From a bacterium (GTDB lineage Bacteria > SAR324 > NAC60-12): a stretch of 64,000 bases of DNA. Below the pieces are notes generated by a model, which saw nothing but the letters and a program-made list of their open reading frames with translations, ran no database searches and was not told the origin of the DNA. The position numbers and the translations under genes were made by a program. Numbering within the stretch: the first letter of the stretch is position 1; every line of letters begins with the position of its first letter. Positions 49,807 to 60,735 of this stretch are shown here, piece after piece. The DNA lies in assembly GCA_965209155.1 (NCBI GenBank), contig OZ242383.1, forward strand, positions 736,001 through 800,000. The letters run 5' to 3'.

Positions 49807-52029
49807 ATGAAACTCAATAAAAAGGTCATACTCCGCGTCTTGGAGCACAGTGGAGCGCCTTTGGATTTGAAACAAATTCGACACCGCCTGGGAATCAACA
49901 GGCGGCGACAGGCGAAGCTCGAGGCCATGCTCCGCGCGTTGATTCATAAAAATAAAATTGAACGGAACGGCGGCGCATTCTTCCTGGCCGGCAAGTGTAC
50001 TTCCCTCTCACCTTCACCAGCGTCTTCCCTGAAAAAGATACCCGAGGAGCAACCGATTCCTTCCGGGACGACGGGCATTTTTTGCAAGTCGCCTCGGGGG
50101 TTCGGATTCGTCAGCATGGCGAAGGGGCAGGATGTTTATGTTTCTCCCAAAGATCAAAATGGGGCAATGGATGGCGACCGGGTAGTGGTCCTCCTCAGCA
50201 AAAGCCGGCGTTCCGGCAAACGGAAAGGGAAAATCACGGGGATCGTGGAAAAAAAATCTCAACCTTTTTTAGCGCGTCTCGTGCGGGGCAAACGAATGAC
50301 GCTGGCCTTGCCGCTCAATAACCATTCCGGACTGCCGCCTGTCGTCATACTGCCGCAAGACGATCTGCCGGCAGCGAGTTCGGGAGATTGGATTGCGGGA
50401 ATCTCAATCTCATCCCCTGGTCATTCGAAAAACGTCTATGGAAAAATCTTAAAAGTACTTCCCGCGGAAAGTGAGGATGAGTTGGCCTTTGATTTGATTT
50501 TGACGGAAAATCAGATTGCCACGGAATTTTCAAAAAAAGCGCAGAGAGAAGCGAAAAAATTTTCCCGGCGCGTGTTCTTCCATGTCGATTCGGGTCGCCA
50601 TGATTTACGAGCTTTGGCATTCGTCACGATTGACGGGAAAGATGCCAGGGATTTTGATGACGCGGTTTACGTGGAAAAGAAGCGCTCCGGTACTTTCCGC
50701 CTCTACGTCTCGATTGCGGATGTTGCGCATTACGTCCGTGTCGATGCGCCCATTGATCAAGATGCTTTTCAACGGGGCACCAGCGTCTATTTTTCCTCTC
50801 ATGCCGTTCCCATGCTTCCGGAAATTTTGTCGAATGATCTGTGCAGTTTGCGTCCCGGAGTCAACCGCCTCACGCTCACCTGTGAAATGGAAATAGACGG
50901 GGGTGGCCAGTTGATCGATTATTCGATCTATGAGAGCGTCATTCGCAGCCAGGCTCGATTAAATTATGAAGACGTGTCAGCCTTTCTGGAAGGCAGGCCC
51001 TGCGGAATCCGCAGCAAAAAAATTCGCGATTCCCTGGGGGTCATGGTCGAATTGTCTGAATTGCTCGCACGCATGCGACACCGGCGAGGCGCTATTGATT
51101 TTAACTTACACGACTACAGCGTGGAATTCGACGGAAAAGGAGAAGTTTCAGCTTTTCGTAAAGAATTTCAATCGCTTTCCATGCGACTCATCGAACAGTT
51201 CATGTTGCAGGCCAACGAAACGATTGCCCTGCATTGTCTCCGTTTCGATTTACCTGCGCTTTACCGTGTCCATAACGAGCCGGACCCGTTCAAATTGGAA
51301 AAAATGCGGAATGTCTTCCTTCACCTTGGACTTTCCGACAAGGTCGGTTCATACCGTCATCCCGGAAAAATCAATCACTTTCTGCGCAAATTGAAAGATC
51401 ATCCCCTACGCCATCAAATTCAGTTCATGCTCTTGAAGAGTATGGCGTTGGCTTGTTATCGTACCCGCAACAAAGGGCATTTTGGTCTGGCCGTCAAACA
51501 TTATACCCATTTCACGTCTCCCATCAGGCGTTACCCGGACCTGATCGTACACCGCGCACTGAAGTCGAAATTGGAAGCGGATCGCCAGAAGAATCCCTGC
51601 CAGCGGAAGACGATTCCCGAGGAAGTGGCGGAACACTTGTCTCAACAGGAAAGAAAAGCGGAGAAAGCGGAGCGACAAAGTTTCGAATTGCTCAAAACCA
51701 TTTATATGGAACGATTCCTGGGAGAACGGTTCAAAGCGCGGGTGATCGCCGTGGATTCGGCAGGGCTGACCATTGAATTGCCGGATCATCATATTGAGTG
51801 CTTTCTTTCCCTGGAAGCGCTCCATGATGATTATTATCATTTCCACCAAAGCGGGTTATCCTTGTATGGTCAAAACAGGAATCGTCTCGTACAAGCGGGG
51901 AGCATGCTGCAGCTACGTTTGATAAGCACCGATCGGATCCGGCGCACTATCGAGTTTCGCCTCGAGCGCTGGCTTGATAAGTCGGTCTTTTATTCACAAG
52001 TGGCCTCGGGTTCGAAACAACACGCGTGA
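49807..52029 (+). CDS. rnr: Ribonuclease R
   Basis: N-terminal HTH, GFGFV CSD, TIDGKDARDFDDA, HFGLA..YTHFTSPIRRYPDL, S1 domain. Confidence 0.92.
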   Translation: MKLNKKVILRVLEHSGAPLDLKQIRHRLGINRRRQAKLEAMLRALIHKNKIERNGGAFFLAGKCTSLSPSPASSLKKIPEEQPIPSGTTGIFCKSPRGFGFVSMAKGQDVYVSPKDQNGAMDGDRVVVLLSKSRRSGKRKGKITGIVEKKSQPFLARLVRGKRMTLALPLNNHSGLPPVVILPQDDLPAASSGDWIAGISISSPGHSKNVYGKILKVLPAESEDELAFDLILTENQIATEFSKKAQREAKKFSRRVFFHVDSGRHDLRALAFVTIDGKDARDFDDAVYVEKKRSGTFRLYVSIADVAHYVRVDAPIDQDAFQRGTSVYFSSHAVPMLPEILSNDLCSLRPGVNRLTLTCEMEIDGGGQLIDYSIYESVIRSQARLNYEDVSAFLEGRPCGIRSKKIRDSLGVMVELSELLARMRHRRGAIDFNLHDYSVEFDGKGEVSAFRKEFQSLSMRLIEQFMLQANETIALHCLRFDLPALYRVHNEPDPFKLEKMRNVFLHLGLSDKVGSYRHPGKINHFLRKLKDHPLRHQIQFMLLKSMALACYRTRNKGHFGLAVKHYTHFTSPIRRYPDLIVHRALKSKLEADRQKNPCQRKTIPEEVAEHLSQQERKAEKAERQSFELLKTIYMERFLGERFKARVIAVDSAGLTIELPDHHIECFLSLEALHDDYYHFHQSGLSLYGQNRNRLVQAGSMLQLRLISTDRIRRTIEFRLERWLDKSVFYSQVASGSKQHA

Positions 52030-52344
52030 TGAAATATTCTACACCATTACCATCAATCGCCAGACATGAGTCTCTCGTCACGCGAATCGTTTCCTCACCA
52101 TCCATCGAATTCGCTTGACAGGGGTTTTCAAAGGAACGATAGAAGGGAAAATATTTCCGAATCAGCGCAATTGGAAAGCAACTCGAGTGCAGTTGCGCTT
52201 CAAACTCAAATTGTCAGAAGAGACTGGAAAGGTGTTGGGGCCTATAGTGCTCATTTTTCGCGGATTCGAATGCGGCGATTGGTTGGATTTTGATCTTTCC
52301 GGAACCCTGGCGCGTTTGAACCCGCCCACCAAACGTACGTGTTC

Positions 52345-53382
52345 ATGAAAGTATCCCCTGCCAGAATCGCATTGTTTTTCACATTTTCTTTTATTTTCGT
52401 CGCAGGCCTCGTGTTCTGGGAAACTCACACCTTTCTAAACAATCCCGTATCCGATCTCGAAGAATCCGTTTCCAAAGTCATCGTAATACCTCCGGGAGCG
52501 GGATTCGGACAGGTTGTGCGTATCTTGTCGGAAAATAACCTGATCAATCAGCCGTTATATTTTCATATATTGGCTTATCACCAGGATGCCTTCTCCCAAA
52601 TCCAGGCTGGAGAATTCGAGATACGGAGCCACTGGACCCCCAATCAGTTACTCGATTTCCTGGTTGAAGGACGTCCTCGATCGCACCGCGTCACCATTCC
52701 GGAAGGTTTGGTTTTCGAGGAGATTGCGGCGCGGTTGGTGAAAGCGGGATTCGGTGAAATGGAGACTTACCTGGCTTTGAAAACCAGCCCGCCCTTGCGG
52801 GAACAGGTCGAGATCGCTCCATCTGCGGGCATCCCGGTAGTTCCCTCCCTGGAAGGATTTTTATATCCCGAAACCTACTTCTTCAGCAAAAATACCTCTG
52901 AACGAAATATCCTGACCACCATGATTGAAGAGTTCAATCGGAATTATTCCGGAGCCCATCGTCAAAGAGCCATCGAGTTGGGGCTCAGCGATTATGAAGT
53001 GATCACCCTGGCATCCATCATCGAAAAAGAGACGGCATTGGAGCAGGAACGTTATCTGGTTTCCGCTGTCTTTCACAACCGCTTGCAAAGGAAGATGCGG
53101 CTCGAAAGCGACCCCACCGTTATTTACGGCCTCGAGGATTTTGATGGGAACCTGACCCGGCGCCACTTGAAAACGCCAACGCCCTACAATACTTACGCAA
53201 AATTGGGATTGCCTCCCGGTCCCATTTGCAGCCCGGGAATAGCAGCCATCCACAGCACGCTTTATCCGGCGGAAGTGGACTATCTTTATTTTGTGGCTCG
53301 AGGCGATGGCAGCAGCCAGTTTTCCTCGAACTTGAAAAATCACAACAAAGCCGTGAAACTCTACCAGAAAAATCGTCGATGA
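52345..53382 (+). CDS. mltG: Endolytic transglycosylase MltG
   Basis: VTIPEG, LEGFLYPETY, LASIIEKE, PYNTY..GLPPGPI. Confidence 0.94.
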   Translation: MKVSPARIALFFTFSFIFVAGLVFWETHTFLNNPVSDLEESVSKVIVIPPGAGFGQVVRILSENNLINQPLYFHILAYHQDAFSQIQAGEFEIRSHWTPNQLLDFLVEGRPRSHRVTIPEGLVFEEIAARLVKAGFGEMETYLALKTSPPLREQVEIAPSAGIPVVPSLEGFLYPETYFFSKNTSERNILTTMIEEFNRNYSGAHRQRAIELGLSDYEVITLASIIEKETALEQERYLVSAVFHNRLQRKMRLESDPTVIYGLEDFDGNLTRRHLKTPTPYNTYAKLGLPPGPICSPGIAAIHSTLYPAEVDYLYFVARGDGSSQFSSNLKNHNKAVKLYQKNRR

Positions 53383-53613
53383 AACTCTGCGTCTCCTGGA
53401 GAATCGACACTGTCGGCACTCCATCGATAACCGGCACAAATTCCACGCTTGCCTCTGGCAATTCGCCTGACAATGGCCCTCAAAAAAGAAAACGACCTCG
53501 TCTCCGGCGTCTTGGAACTCAACTTACCCCTGTCCTTGCAACAATGATAAAGGGGTCGGGTAGCGCGAGAGGTTACCCAACCAGCCCCGCTTTTCCGCAA
53601 TAAATTGATTTTA

Positions 53614-56295
53614 TCAAGGTTCCAGGGATTCTAAAAGAATGTTTTGCGCACGCTCATAAGTTGGAGCGATTTCAAGGGCAGACAGCACGGTAATTTTAGC
53701 TTTCGCTTTCTGGCCTCCCTCTAAAAAGGCCCAGGCAAGATCGGCGTATGCTCTGGCCGGATCGCTCTTATCCAGAATTACCAGGATTTGGTACTCCCGG
53801 ATGGCTGATGGATAATCTTTTTGCTCCAGAGAAATTTCAGCCAGCATTTTATGCACGTTTTCATCATATGGATTCACTTCCAGCGCCCGTTCCAAATAGT
53901 AAATCGCCAAATCATAATTTTTCTTTTGATAGGCTGACTGCGCCAACTCGAATGAGGCATTGAAGGCAAGTTGTTGGAAAGACACCCATTTTTCCAGTTC
54001 TTTGAGTCGGGCTTCAGAATTCCCTTGAATCTGATAAATTTCAGCTAGAACTTGATGAGGACTGGGAACTCCACTGTATTCGGGGAGCAGTTTCTGAGCC
54101 TGCTGCAAGTGTTCAACCGCCTCTTCATAGGATTTACTGTGATAAAGTAGAATTCCCAATTGGAAATGCGCCAGAAAATCACGAGGCTGCGCCTTGATTC
54201 GCGTTCGCATGATTTCCATGATGGCTTCCTTGTTGGGACGTTCAGGCAGGGATGAAAATGAATTGCGGCGCATACCATGCCCATGACCACTCAGCTCGTC
54301 GTTTGGATCTTCACGGTAGACATAGACGTCGATTTTCTCAACCCTCGCTTCTGCCCATTTATAAAACGATTCATCGAACACATCGAGGGATTTTTGGAAA
54401 ACCTTTTGGAAAATTGTTTCCATAGGTCGATAGGCACGATATTGCGCGATCAGGGAGAGCAACCGGTCAAATCCATAGGTTTCTATGATATGTTCCACAA
54501 CCAGAGACGATTGATAATATGCAAAATTCAACTCTTCAACGGATTTTGCTTTGGTAAATCCTTCGTTGAGCCCTTTCATGGGGAAGAGTCGTTTTTCCTC
54601 GATGGCTCGCACGAGGTCCAACTCCTGTTTGCGTCCCCATTCGGGACGGCCCTGGTGTTCTTCGTAAACGGAAATACCTTCCGAAAGCCAACGGGGAATT
54701 CGATTATCGGTCATTTGTAGAGTGATCACATGTACGAATTCATGCCAGAGGATTTCCTTCCAATTGGCCAGGTTTTTCTCTTTGAAGGTAACCGGGGAAG
54801 TCATGGTGATCACATTTCCGAAACAGACCGCAAGTAAGGGGCCAATATAGGGCAGGCCAATAGTACGAACGGCGAAATCCTCTTTTTTATGAAAAATTTC
54901 GATGAGAATGGGCCCTTGGGGAGTGAAACGGTATTTTTCAGTAAGCGTGTCCCATGCTTCGTCCAGTAACGGTTCGAGGTAAGGCCAGAGTATATCGGCT
55001 TCACTTCCATGCATACGAACGACGAAATGGTCACTTTGCCTTGTTTCAAAATCTGCCAGTACGTCCAGAACGTCAAGCATGTTCAGAGTGAGCGCATTGA
55101 ACGGATCTTGTTCAAAGCTGTATTCCAAATGGACTCGTCCTTCTTCCTCTTTACCGAGCCTCAGGAGGTTGGTTCCCAGAATCGTATGGCTATTCCAATG
55201 TCGGGGATCGGTTTGAATTGCCGAACGGGCCATAGAAACGGCTTCCTGGAATAGATACTTTTTCCCCAGGATTTCGGCGATATCCGCATAGAATGATCCG
55301 TAGTTGGAATTGACACCTTCGACCTCCGCGCGAATTTGCTCGAATCCGTTCTTATTGTCTGTCAAAAAGGCGACAGCAGCCTCCAGGGTGCGGGCATGCA
55401 GGGATTCCGAATTAATGAGCAGGATTTGGTTCAGCAATGCGAGCGCTTCGTTGTATCGACCGTCTTCCAGGGCGATTTCTACCAGGACCAGCAATGCGGG
55501 GACGGAATATTTATTGACGGCAAGAGCATCCACCAGCATTGCTTTTGCATGGTTACCATGGAGTAATTTCGCCATACCCACCAAAGCCGGGACATAATTA
55601 CTATTTCGTTGCAGCACGATGCTGAAAGATTTCCGGGCTTCGCTTTCATTGTATTTTTCCAGAAACAATTCTCCCCAAAGTACCTGGATTTCAAGGTTAT
55701 CCGGATCCACACGGACGGCTTCCCAGAACAATTGGTTGGCATCATGATAACTTTCCAACTCCCATGCAGCTACTGCTACCATGGCAATCGACTCTCCTTC
55801 AAAGACGAGCCCTTCATTGTATTGCTCGATTGCTTTCTCAAAGTAAAAAATCGCTTGTTGACGATTCCCTCGCTGTTTGAGCAATTTCCCATACTGCACT
55901 TGTCCGCGGATAGGTGGCTGAGGAGTGCTGACAACTTCTTCGAGTAACTTCAGCGCTTCCCCGGATCGCCCGGTCAGGATCAAGATTTCCGCGAGTTGGA
56001 TGGCTACTGCTGAATGGTGCCCGGATGATTCCAATGATTGGCGACAAATCGCTTCCGCCTGCTCGTAATCCCCAATCATGGCCCAGGTTCGACTTGCTCC
56101 TACGATTCCGTTGATTCGCTCTTGACCTTTGGTCTTTTGATAATTTTCCAGCGCTTCCGTGTAAGCGCCTCTCTGAAAATACAGATTTGCGCGAGTTAAT
56201 GGGGTTTCCTGGCCCAATACGGGATCAGGGAGGAACAAATGCATCGTTCCGCCGAGGAGCAGGAAGAAAAACAAACCGGAACGAAGACATGCCAT
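53614..56295 (-). CDS. TPR-repeat protein with central gluzincin (peptidase MA-like) domain
   Basis: Signal-like N-terminus, TPRs on both sides of HEFVH...PRWLSEG. Confidence 0.85.
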   Translation of the reverse strand: MACLRSGLFFFLLLGGTMHLFLPDPVLGQETPLTRANLYFQRGAYTEALENYQKTKGQERINGIVGASRTWAMIGDYEQAEAICRQSLESSGHHSAVAIQLAEILILTGRSGEALKLLEEVVSTPQPPIRGQVQYGKLLKQRGNRQQAIFYFEKAIEQYNEGLVFEGESIAMVAVAAWELESYHDANQLFWEAVRVDPDNLEIQVLWGELFLEKYNESEARKSFSIVLQRNSNYVPALVGMAKLLHGNHAKAMLVDALAVNKYSVPALLVLVEIALEDGRYNEALALLNQILLINSESLHARTLEAAVAFLTDNKNGFEQIRAEVEGVNSNYGSFYADIAEILGKKYLFQEAVSMARSAIQTDPRHWNSHTILGTNLLRLGKEEEGRVHLEYSFEQDPFNALTLNMLDVLDVLADFETRQSDHFVVRMHGSEADILWPYLEPLLDEAWDTLTEKYRFTPQGPILIEIFHKKEDFAVRTIGLPYIGPLLAVCFGNVITMTSPVTFKEKNLANWKEILWHEFVHVITLQMTDNRIPRWLSEGISVYEEHQGRPEWGRKQELDLVRAIEEKRLFPMKGLNEGFTKAKSVEELNFAYYQSSLVVEHIIETYGFDRLLSLIAQYRAYRPMETIFQKVFQKSLDVFDESFYKWAEARVEKIDVYVYREDPNDELSGHGHGMRRNSFSSLPERPNKEAIMEIMRTRIKAQPRDFLAHFQLGILLYHSKSYEEAVEHLQQAQKLLPEYSGVPSPHQVLAEIYQIQGNSEARLKELEKWVSFQQLAFNASFELAQSAYQKKNYDLAIYYLERALEVNPYDENVHKMLAEISLEQKDYPSAIREYQILVILDKSDPARAYADLAWAFLEGGQKAKAKITVLSALEIAPTYERAQNILLESLEP

Positions 56296-56568
56296 ACTGA
56301 ACCGCTTCGAAAAGGAATTTCGAACTCCATTGAGTTAAAGAATTATCGACTTCCCCAAAGTCTGGGAAAACCAATATTTTATTGCTCGCAACTCGAAGGG
56401 AATTCGATGCGAGGTGAACTGACTTGTTTATGTGAGAACTTCTGTGTTTGAATGGTTGAAATAATGTAACATCAGGAGTCAAGGTTGTCCAGTAAGTCTT
56501 CAAGCGGCAACGGATAACCAAGAGAAGACGGCCTCTGTTTGAATGTTTAACGTATTGTATAGGGAGAC

Positions 56569-57120
56569 ATGAAAAAGAATGATGCGATTCGTAAAAGTTA
56601 TCTCCTTTTTTTGGGGGCGCTTGCTTGTAAGAAATTTTTCGTCACTTCACTGCTGGCTTTGACACTCGGCTGGATAGGGTCATTACCCGGTAGCGTTGTC
56701 ACCGCGAAGGATCAAAATAGTCTACCCGGAAAAATTGGAGGGATCCTGGTGGAGGATGCCTGGGTCAGGTCTGTCCCTTTTTCTTCCAAACACACGGCCG
56801 CCTATATGATTTTGCGGAATCAAGGGGATGTGGAAGATCGTCTGCTCTCGATTCAATCCGATGTGGCTCAAGTGGTGGAAATGCACCAGGTGGTGAATGA
56901 TGGAAACCTGGTGTCCATGCAGCCTGTCGAATTTATTCTGGTGCCGGCTCACGAGATCACCGAACTCGAACCGGGAGGATACCACCTCATGTTGATCAAC
57001 TTGCAGGGGGTTCTCGAGGAGGGAGAGCAGGTCTCCCTCACTTTACAATTCGAACACGCCGGAGATCTCACTCTGATGGTCGAGGTCCGGTCAGAAAAAA
57101 TGAAAGATAAAAAGGAATAA
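56569..57120 (+). CDS. Copper chaperone PCu(A)C
   Basis: DAWVR, AAYM, EMH...M, PGGYHLML. Confidence 0.9.
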   Translation: MKKNDAIRKSYLLFLGALACKKFFVTSLLALTLGWIGSLPGSVVTAKDQNSLPGKIGGILVEDAWVRSVPFSSKHTAAYMILRNQGDVEDRLLSIQSDVAQVVEMHQVVNDGNLVSMQPVEFILVPAHEITELEPGGYHLMLINLQGVLEEGEQVSLTLQFEHAGDLTLMVEVRSEKMKDKKE

Positions 57121-57344
57121 TTTTTTGTCTTTGCGGAGCGATATTGAATGGCTTCCGTCACCAAATTGACATCCGGAATAAAAATTATGTTGACAAATTC
57201 CGAAAAACTCTATATTGATTGAGTGTTTCACAATTCCGGAGGTCGTTGCTCCCTGCGATATGTCAGGGATCTGTTTCGTTCTATTGTGAACAATAAAAGG
57301 ACCGGTCAATCTCTATGACCGATTCTGAGCTATTTCTCATAAAT

Positions 57345-57440
57345 AAGCTATTCGTTGGGGGTGGAAAAGGCCACTGGACTTTTTCTGAGAAAAACCCTTG
57401 GAACCTGAACTGGATAATACCAGCGTAGGAAATGCGAAGG
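57345..57440 (+). ncRNA. TPP riboswitch
   Basis: gggggtg...ctgagaaaaacccttggaacctgaactggataataccagcgtagga upstream of thiB. A downstream ctccgaat/attcggag stem could mask the RBS. Confidence 0.92.
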
Positions 57441-57535
57441 TACCTTCCATGTGGAATCGATCCCGAATCGATTGTTCCTCTCAAAATCACTCCCTCCGAA
57501 TATTTTTCCTGTTCCATTCAATTCGGAGTAATCTC

Positions 57536-58540
57536 ATGTTTAAAAAATCATTTGTTGCCTCAATGGCATTGTTCGTTTTCGTTCTTGTTCCGCTTTTTGC
57601 AGCAGAGCTCACCATCTATACCTATGAATCTTTCAACAGTAAATGGGGTCCGGGACCAACGGTTTTCAAACGATTCGAGGAAAGTTGCCAATGTCAACTC
57701 AAAATAGTGGCCCTTGGTGATGCCGGTTTGATGCTCAATCGCGTTATTCTGGAAAAAAAGAATCCCAAGGCCGATATTTTCCTGGGGCTCAATGACAGTC
57801 AGCTGGCAAAAGCCTTGTCGGCTGATATTTTTCTCTCCTATCGCTCTCCTTTATTGGAGAATGTAGCAGCCGCTCATCTCCTGGACAGTGAAAACCGCGT
57901 CACTCCCTTCGACTATGGGTACATCGCTTTCGTTTATGATTCCGAGAAAATTACCAATCCTCCTCAAAGTCTGGAAGACTTGTTGAAAGAGGAGTATCAA
58001 CAAAAAATCGTCATCGAGGACCCACGAACCTCTTCGCCTGGTCTTTCTTTTTTGCATTGGACCATTTCGGTTTTTGGGGAAGACGGCTTTATGGATTATT
58101 GGGAAAAACTGGAACCCAATCTATTGGCCATCACCTCCGGATGGTCGGCTGCTTATGGCATGTTCACCAAAGGCGAAACTCCGATTGTTTTGAGCTACGC
58201 CACCAGTCCCGCATACCATTTGGAATATGAAGACACGGAACGCTATCGAGCTGCTGTTTTCCGTGAAGGACATTACCTGCAGGTCGAGGGGGCTGGGATC
58301 GTGAAGGGTACGGCAAACCTGGAGCTTGCCAGACAATTCATCGATTTTATGCTATCTGATCAGTTTCAGGACGTCATTCCATTGACGAATTGGATGTTTC
58401 CGGTGATTCAATATCAATCCCTGCCCGAGTCCTTCAGGATTGCCATACAACCTGAAGCCGTAGAAAAAATAGAGGCGTCCCGAATCCATGAAAAAAATAA
58501 AATCTGGTTGAAGACATGGGAAAAGGGTCTTGGCAACTGA
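57536..58540 (+). CDS. thiB: Thiamine ABC transporter substrate-binding protein
   Basis: LTIYTYESFNSKWGPGP, PFDYGY, DPRTSSPG, GWSAAY, VLSYATSPAYH. Confidence 0.93.
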   Translation: MFKKSFVASMALFVFVLVPLFAAELTIYTYESFNSKWGPGPTVFKRFEESCQCQLKIVALGDAGLMLNRVILEKKNPKADIFLGLNDSQLAKALSADIFLSYRSPLLENVAAAHLLDSENRVTPFDYGYIAFVYDSEKITNPPQSLEDLLKEEYQQKIVIEDPRTSSPGLSFLHWTISVFGEDGFMDYWEKLEPNLLAITSGWSAAYGMFTKGETPIVLSYATSPAYHLEYEDTERYRAAVFREGHYLQVEGAGIVKGTANLELARQFIDFMLSDQFQDVIPLTNWMFPVIQYQSLPESFRIAIQPEAVEKIEASRIHEKNKIWLKTWEKGLGN

Positions 58541-60216
58541 GCTTGTTCCAGGGAATCGTATGTTTATTTCTTTTTTCAGGGTTTTATCTCCCGTTGCTCA
58601 GTTTTTTCTTTGGAAAGAATCCTTTCGAGCCAGGAAAATATTTGCTGGATCTGAACTATTTGCTCGAATTCTTGAGTGATTCCTGGAATCTCCAGGTAAT
58701 TTGGTTTTCTTTCTACCAGGCTTTTTGGAGCGCCATCCTTGCAGTGCTTTTCGGCATTCCGGGAGCCTGGATCCTCAGCTGCTATGATTTTCCGGGGAAG
58801 CGTCTATTTCGCATACTTTTCTACCTGCCTTTCATTCTGCCTTCCATCATCGTGGTTTTGGGAATGGTGCTTTTTTTCGGCAATAATGGGTTCGTCAACC
58901 AAACCTTACAGTGGATATTTGGAATGGAAGAACCTCCCTTTCAGTTCCTCTATTCGTTACAGGGGATTTTAATTGCCCACGTGTTTTACAATTTCCCCAT
59001 TGCCATGAAAACCCTGAGTGACCATTGGGAACGGCTCTCCCCCCAATACGGTATGGTCGCCCGGTCCTTAGGGGCAAGCCGCCTTAAAACACTTTTTCGA
59101 GTTCACCTGCCTTTGATGATTCCCTCACTCGTTTCCGCGTTCGTCTTGATCTTTCTCCTCTGTTTGAACAGTTTTGCCATCATTCTGGTGCTCGGTGGGG
59201 GAGTACGTTACACGAACATCGAAGTTTTGATTTACCAACTGGCCCGAATCCACCTGGATTTCAATGGGGCCACTTCGCTGGCATTTCTGCAACTGGTGAT
59301 GAGCCTGTTTTTTTTATTTTTTTTATTCCGGAAAATGGAATACCCGGTGGGACAGGGAATCAACACGAAAAAAAATTTGATGCGGGAATCTCGAGCAGGA
59401 TCGCAAGCAGCTATCTTTTCCTGCATATGGCTGGTTTTCATTATTGCTTTTGCTTTTGGTCCTTTGATATCTATCGTGGTCGATTCTTTTCGCGCCTTTG
59501 AAAACAACCAGTGGAACTTCACCACCAGGTGGTACCGGCAATTGTTCGAATGGAGTCCACAAAACACTTTTCTGTCCGCCCTTTGGAATTCATTGAAAAT
59601 CGGACTGTCGAGCGCTTGCCTCTCTTCATTATTGGGATTGGGAATGGCCTCCATCATCCACCTGAAAAAGGGCGTCCCTCGAAAATTGTGGGAATTGGCT
59701 GCTCTGTTTCCGATAGGGGTTTCGACCGTTATTTTGGGAGTGGTTTGGTTCGTATTCTTCCAGGATGTATTAATCGACTATATCCCGTTGACTTTGATAT
59801 TGATTTTGATCCACGCCATTTTGACGTTTCCCTATTGGATCCGGGTGGTACTGCCCGCGCTGGACTCGATTCCTCCGAGGTGGTTGATGGTTTCTCAAAC
59901 CCTGGGAAAGACGCCCGTTTATTTTTACCTGAAAATTTTAATTCCCTGGTTGAAACGAGTGTTGGTTATCGGATTTTTCTTTTCTTTTTCTTTGTCTCTG
60001 GGAGAACTCAATTCGACGTTGATGGTTGCCGACGAATCCTTGCAAACATTGCCCCTGGAAATTTACAGGGCCATAGCAGGCTATCGATTTTCATTTGCAT
60101 CCGCAGTGGGCGTGATGCTTTTGATCCTGACGGTAGTGGTCTTCACGCTCATCGAAGAGTGGACGCGCCAGGATACCCACTCGGTCCATGCGCAAAAATT
60201 TGCTCCACTGAACTGA
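58516..60216 (+). CDS. thiP: Thiamine ABC transporter permease
   Basis: Duplicated permease domains, AHVFYNFP, ARSLGAS; follows thiB. Confidence 0.88.
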   Translation: MGKGSWQLSLFQGIVCLFLFSGFYLPLLSFFFGKNPFEPGKYLLDLNYLLEFLSDSWNLQVIWFSFYQAFWSAILAVLFGIPGAWILSCYDFPGKRLFRILFYLPFILPSIIVVLGMVLFFGNNGFVNQTLQWIFGMEEPPFQFLYSLQGILIAHVFYNFPIAMKTLSDHWERLSPQYGMVARSLGASRLKTLFRVHLPLMIPSLVSAFVLIFLLCLNSFAIILVLGGGVRYTNIEVLIYQLARIHLDFNGATSLAFLQLVMSLFFLFFLFRKMEYPVGQGINTKKNLMRESRAGSQAAIFSCIWLVFIIAFAFGPLISIVVDSFRAFENNQWNFTTRWYRQLFEWSPQNTFLSALWNSLKIGLSSACLSSLLGLGMASIIHLKKGVPRKLWELAALFPIGVSTVILGVVWFVFFQDVLIDYIPLTLILILIHAILTFPYWIRVVLPALDSIPPRWLMVSQTLGKTPVYFYLKILIPWLKRVLVIGFFFSFSLSLGELNSTLMVADESLQTLPLEIYRAIAGYRFSFASAVGVMLLILTVVVFTLIEEWTRQDTHSVHAQKFAPLN

Positions 60217-60316
60217 GGAATGTTGATTCCGGACTAGTAGACGGCGCGTTTTTTGTAGATGTGTGGGAAAGCTGCCGGTGACGGACTCGACCTGAAATCG
60301 AATAGGCGCTTATGTA

Positions 60317-60554
60317 ACCTGAGATCGAGATAAGCATTTAATAAATTCAATATGTTATGGAATCTTCAAATAAGAGATACCAGGTCATTCCTGCGAAGCT
60401 TGTCCCTGTTAAACTTGTCCCTGCGAAAACAGGGAGCAGGGAGCAGGAATCCAGAGATAGGCAGCCAGACTGAAATATAGTTTCCGGGTCTTCGCCCGGA
60501 ATGAAATATACACCAAGATACTCATATTATTGAAAATTTACGTTGAATTCAGGT
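60317..60554. mobile_element. Complete REP-carrying MITE (~238 bp)
   Basis: Ends acctgagatcgagataa / ttacgttgaattcaggt flanked by TATGTA direct repeats (60311-16, 60555-60); internal REP doublet with nested palindromes. Confidence 0.85.
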
Positions 60555-60735
60555 TATGTAGAATAATTACCACAGCGGTCAGAGTCACCCATCTCGGATT
60601 TTTCACCATGAAAGAAGCATGGTAGGAAGCGTACTAATCCCCATGAGCCCTTGCGCAGAATAAACTTTCACTTGCCACATCGTGGCCATCGCTTTTCGGG
60701 AACGATGGCCTTGAAGTAGGAAGTTGAAGACTGAG

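Noticed and set aside
52070..52348. Possible GspN-like C-terminal fragment between rnr and mltG
   Set aside because: The resemblance (LDFDLSGTLARL) is too weak, and an in-frame TGA at 52067 leaves no good start; a BLASTX search is needed.
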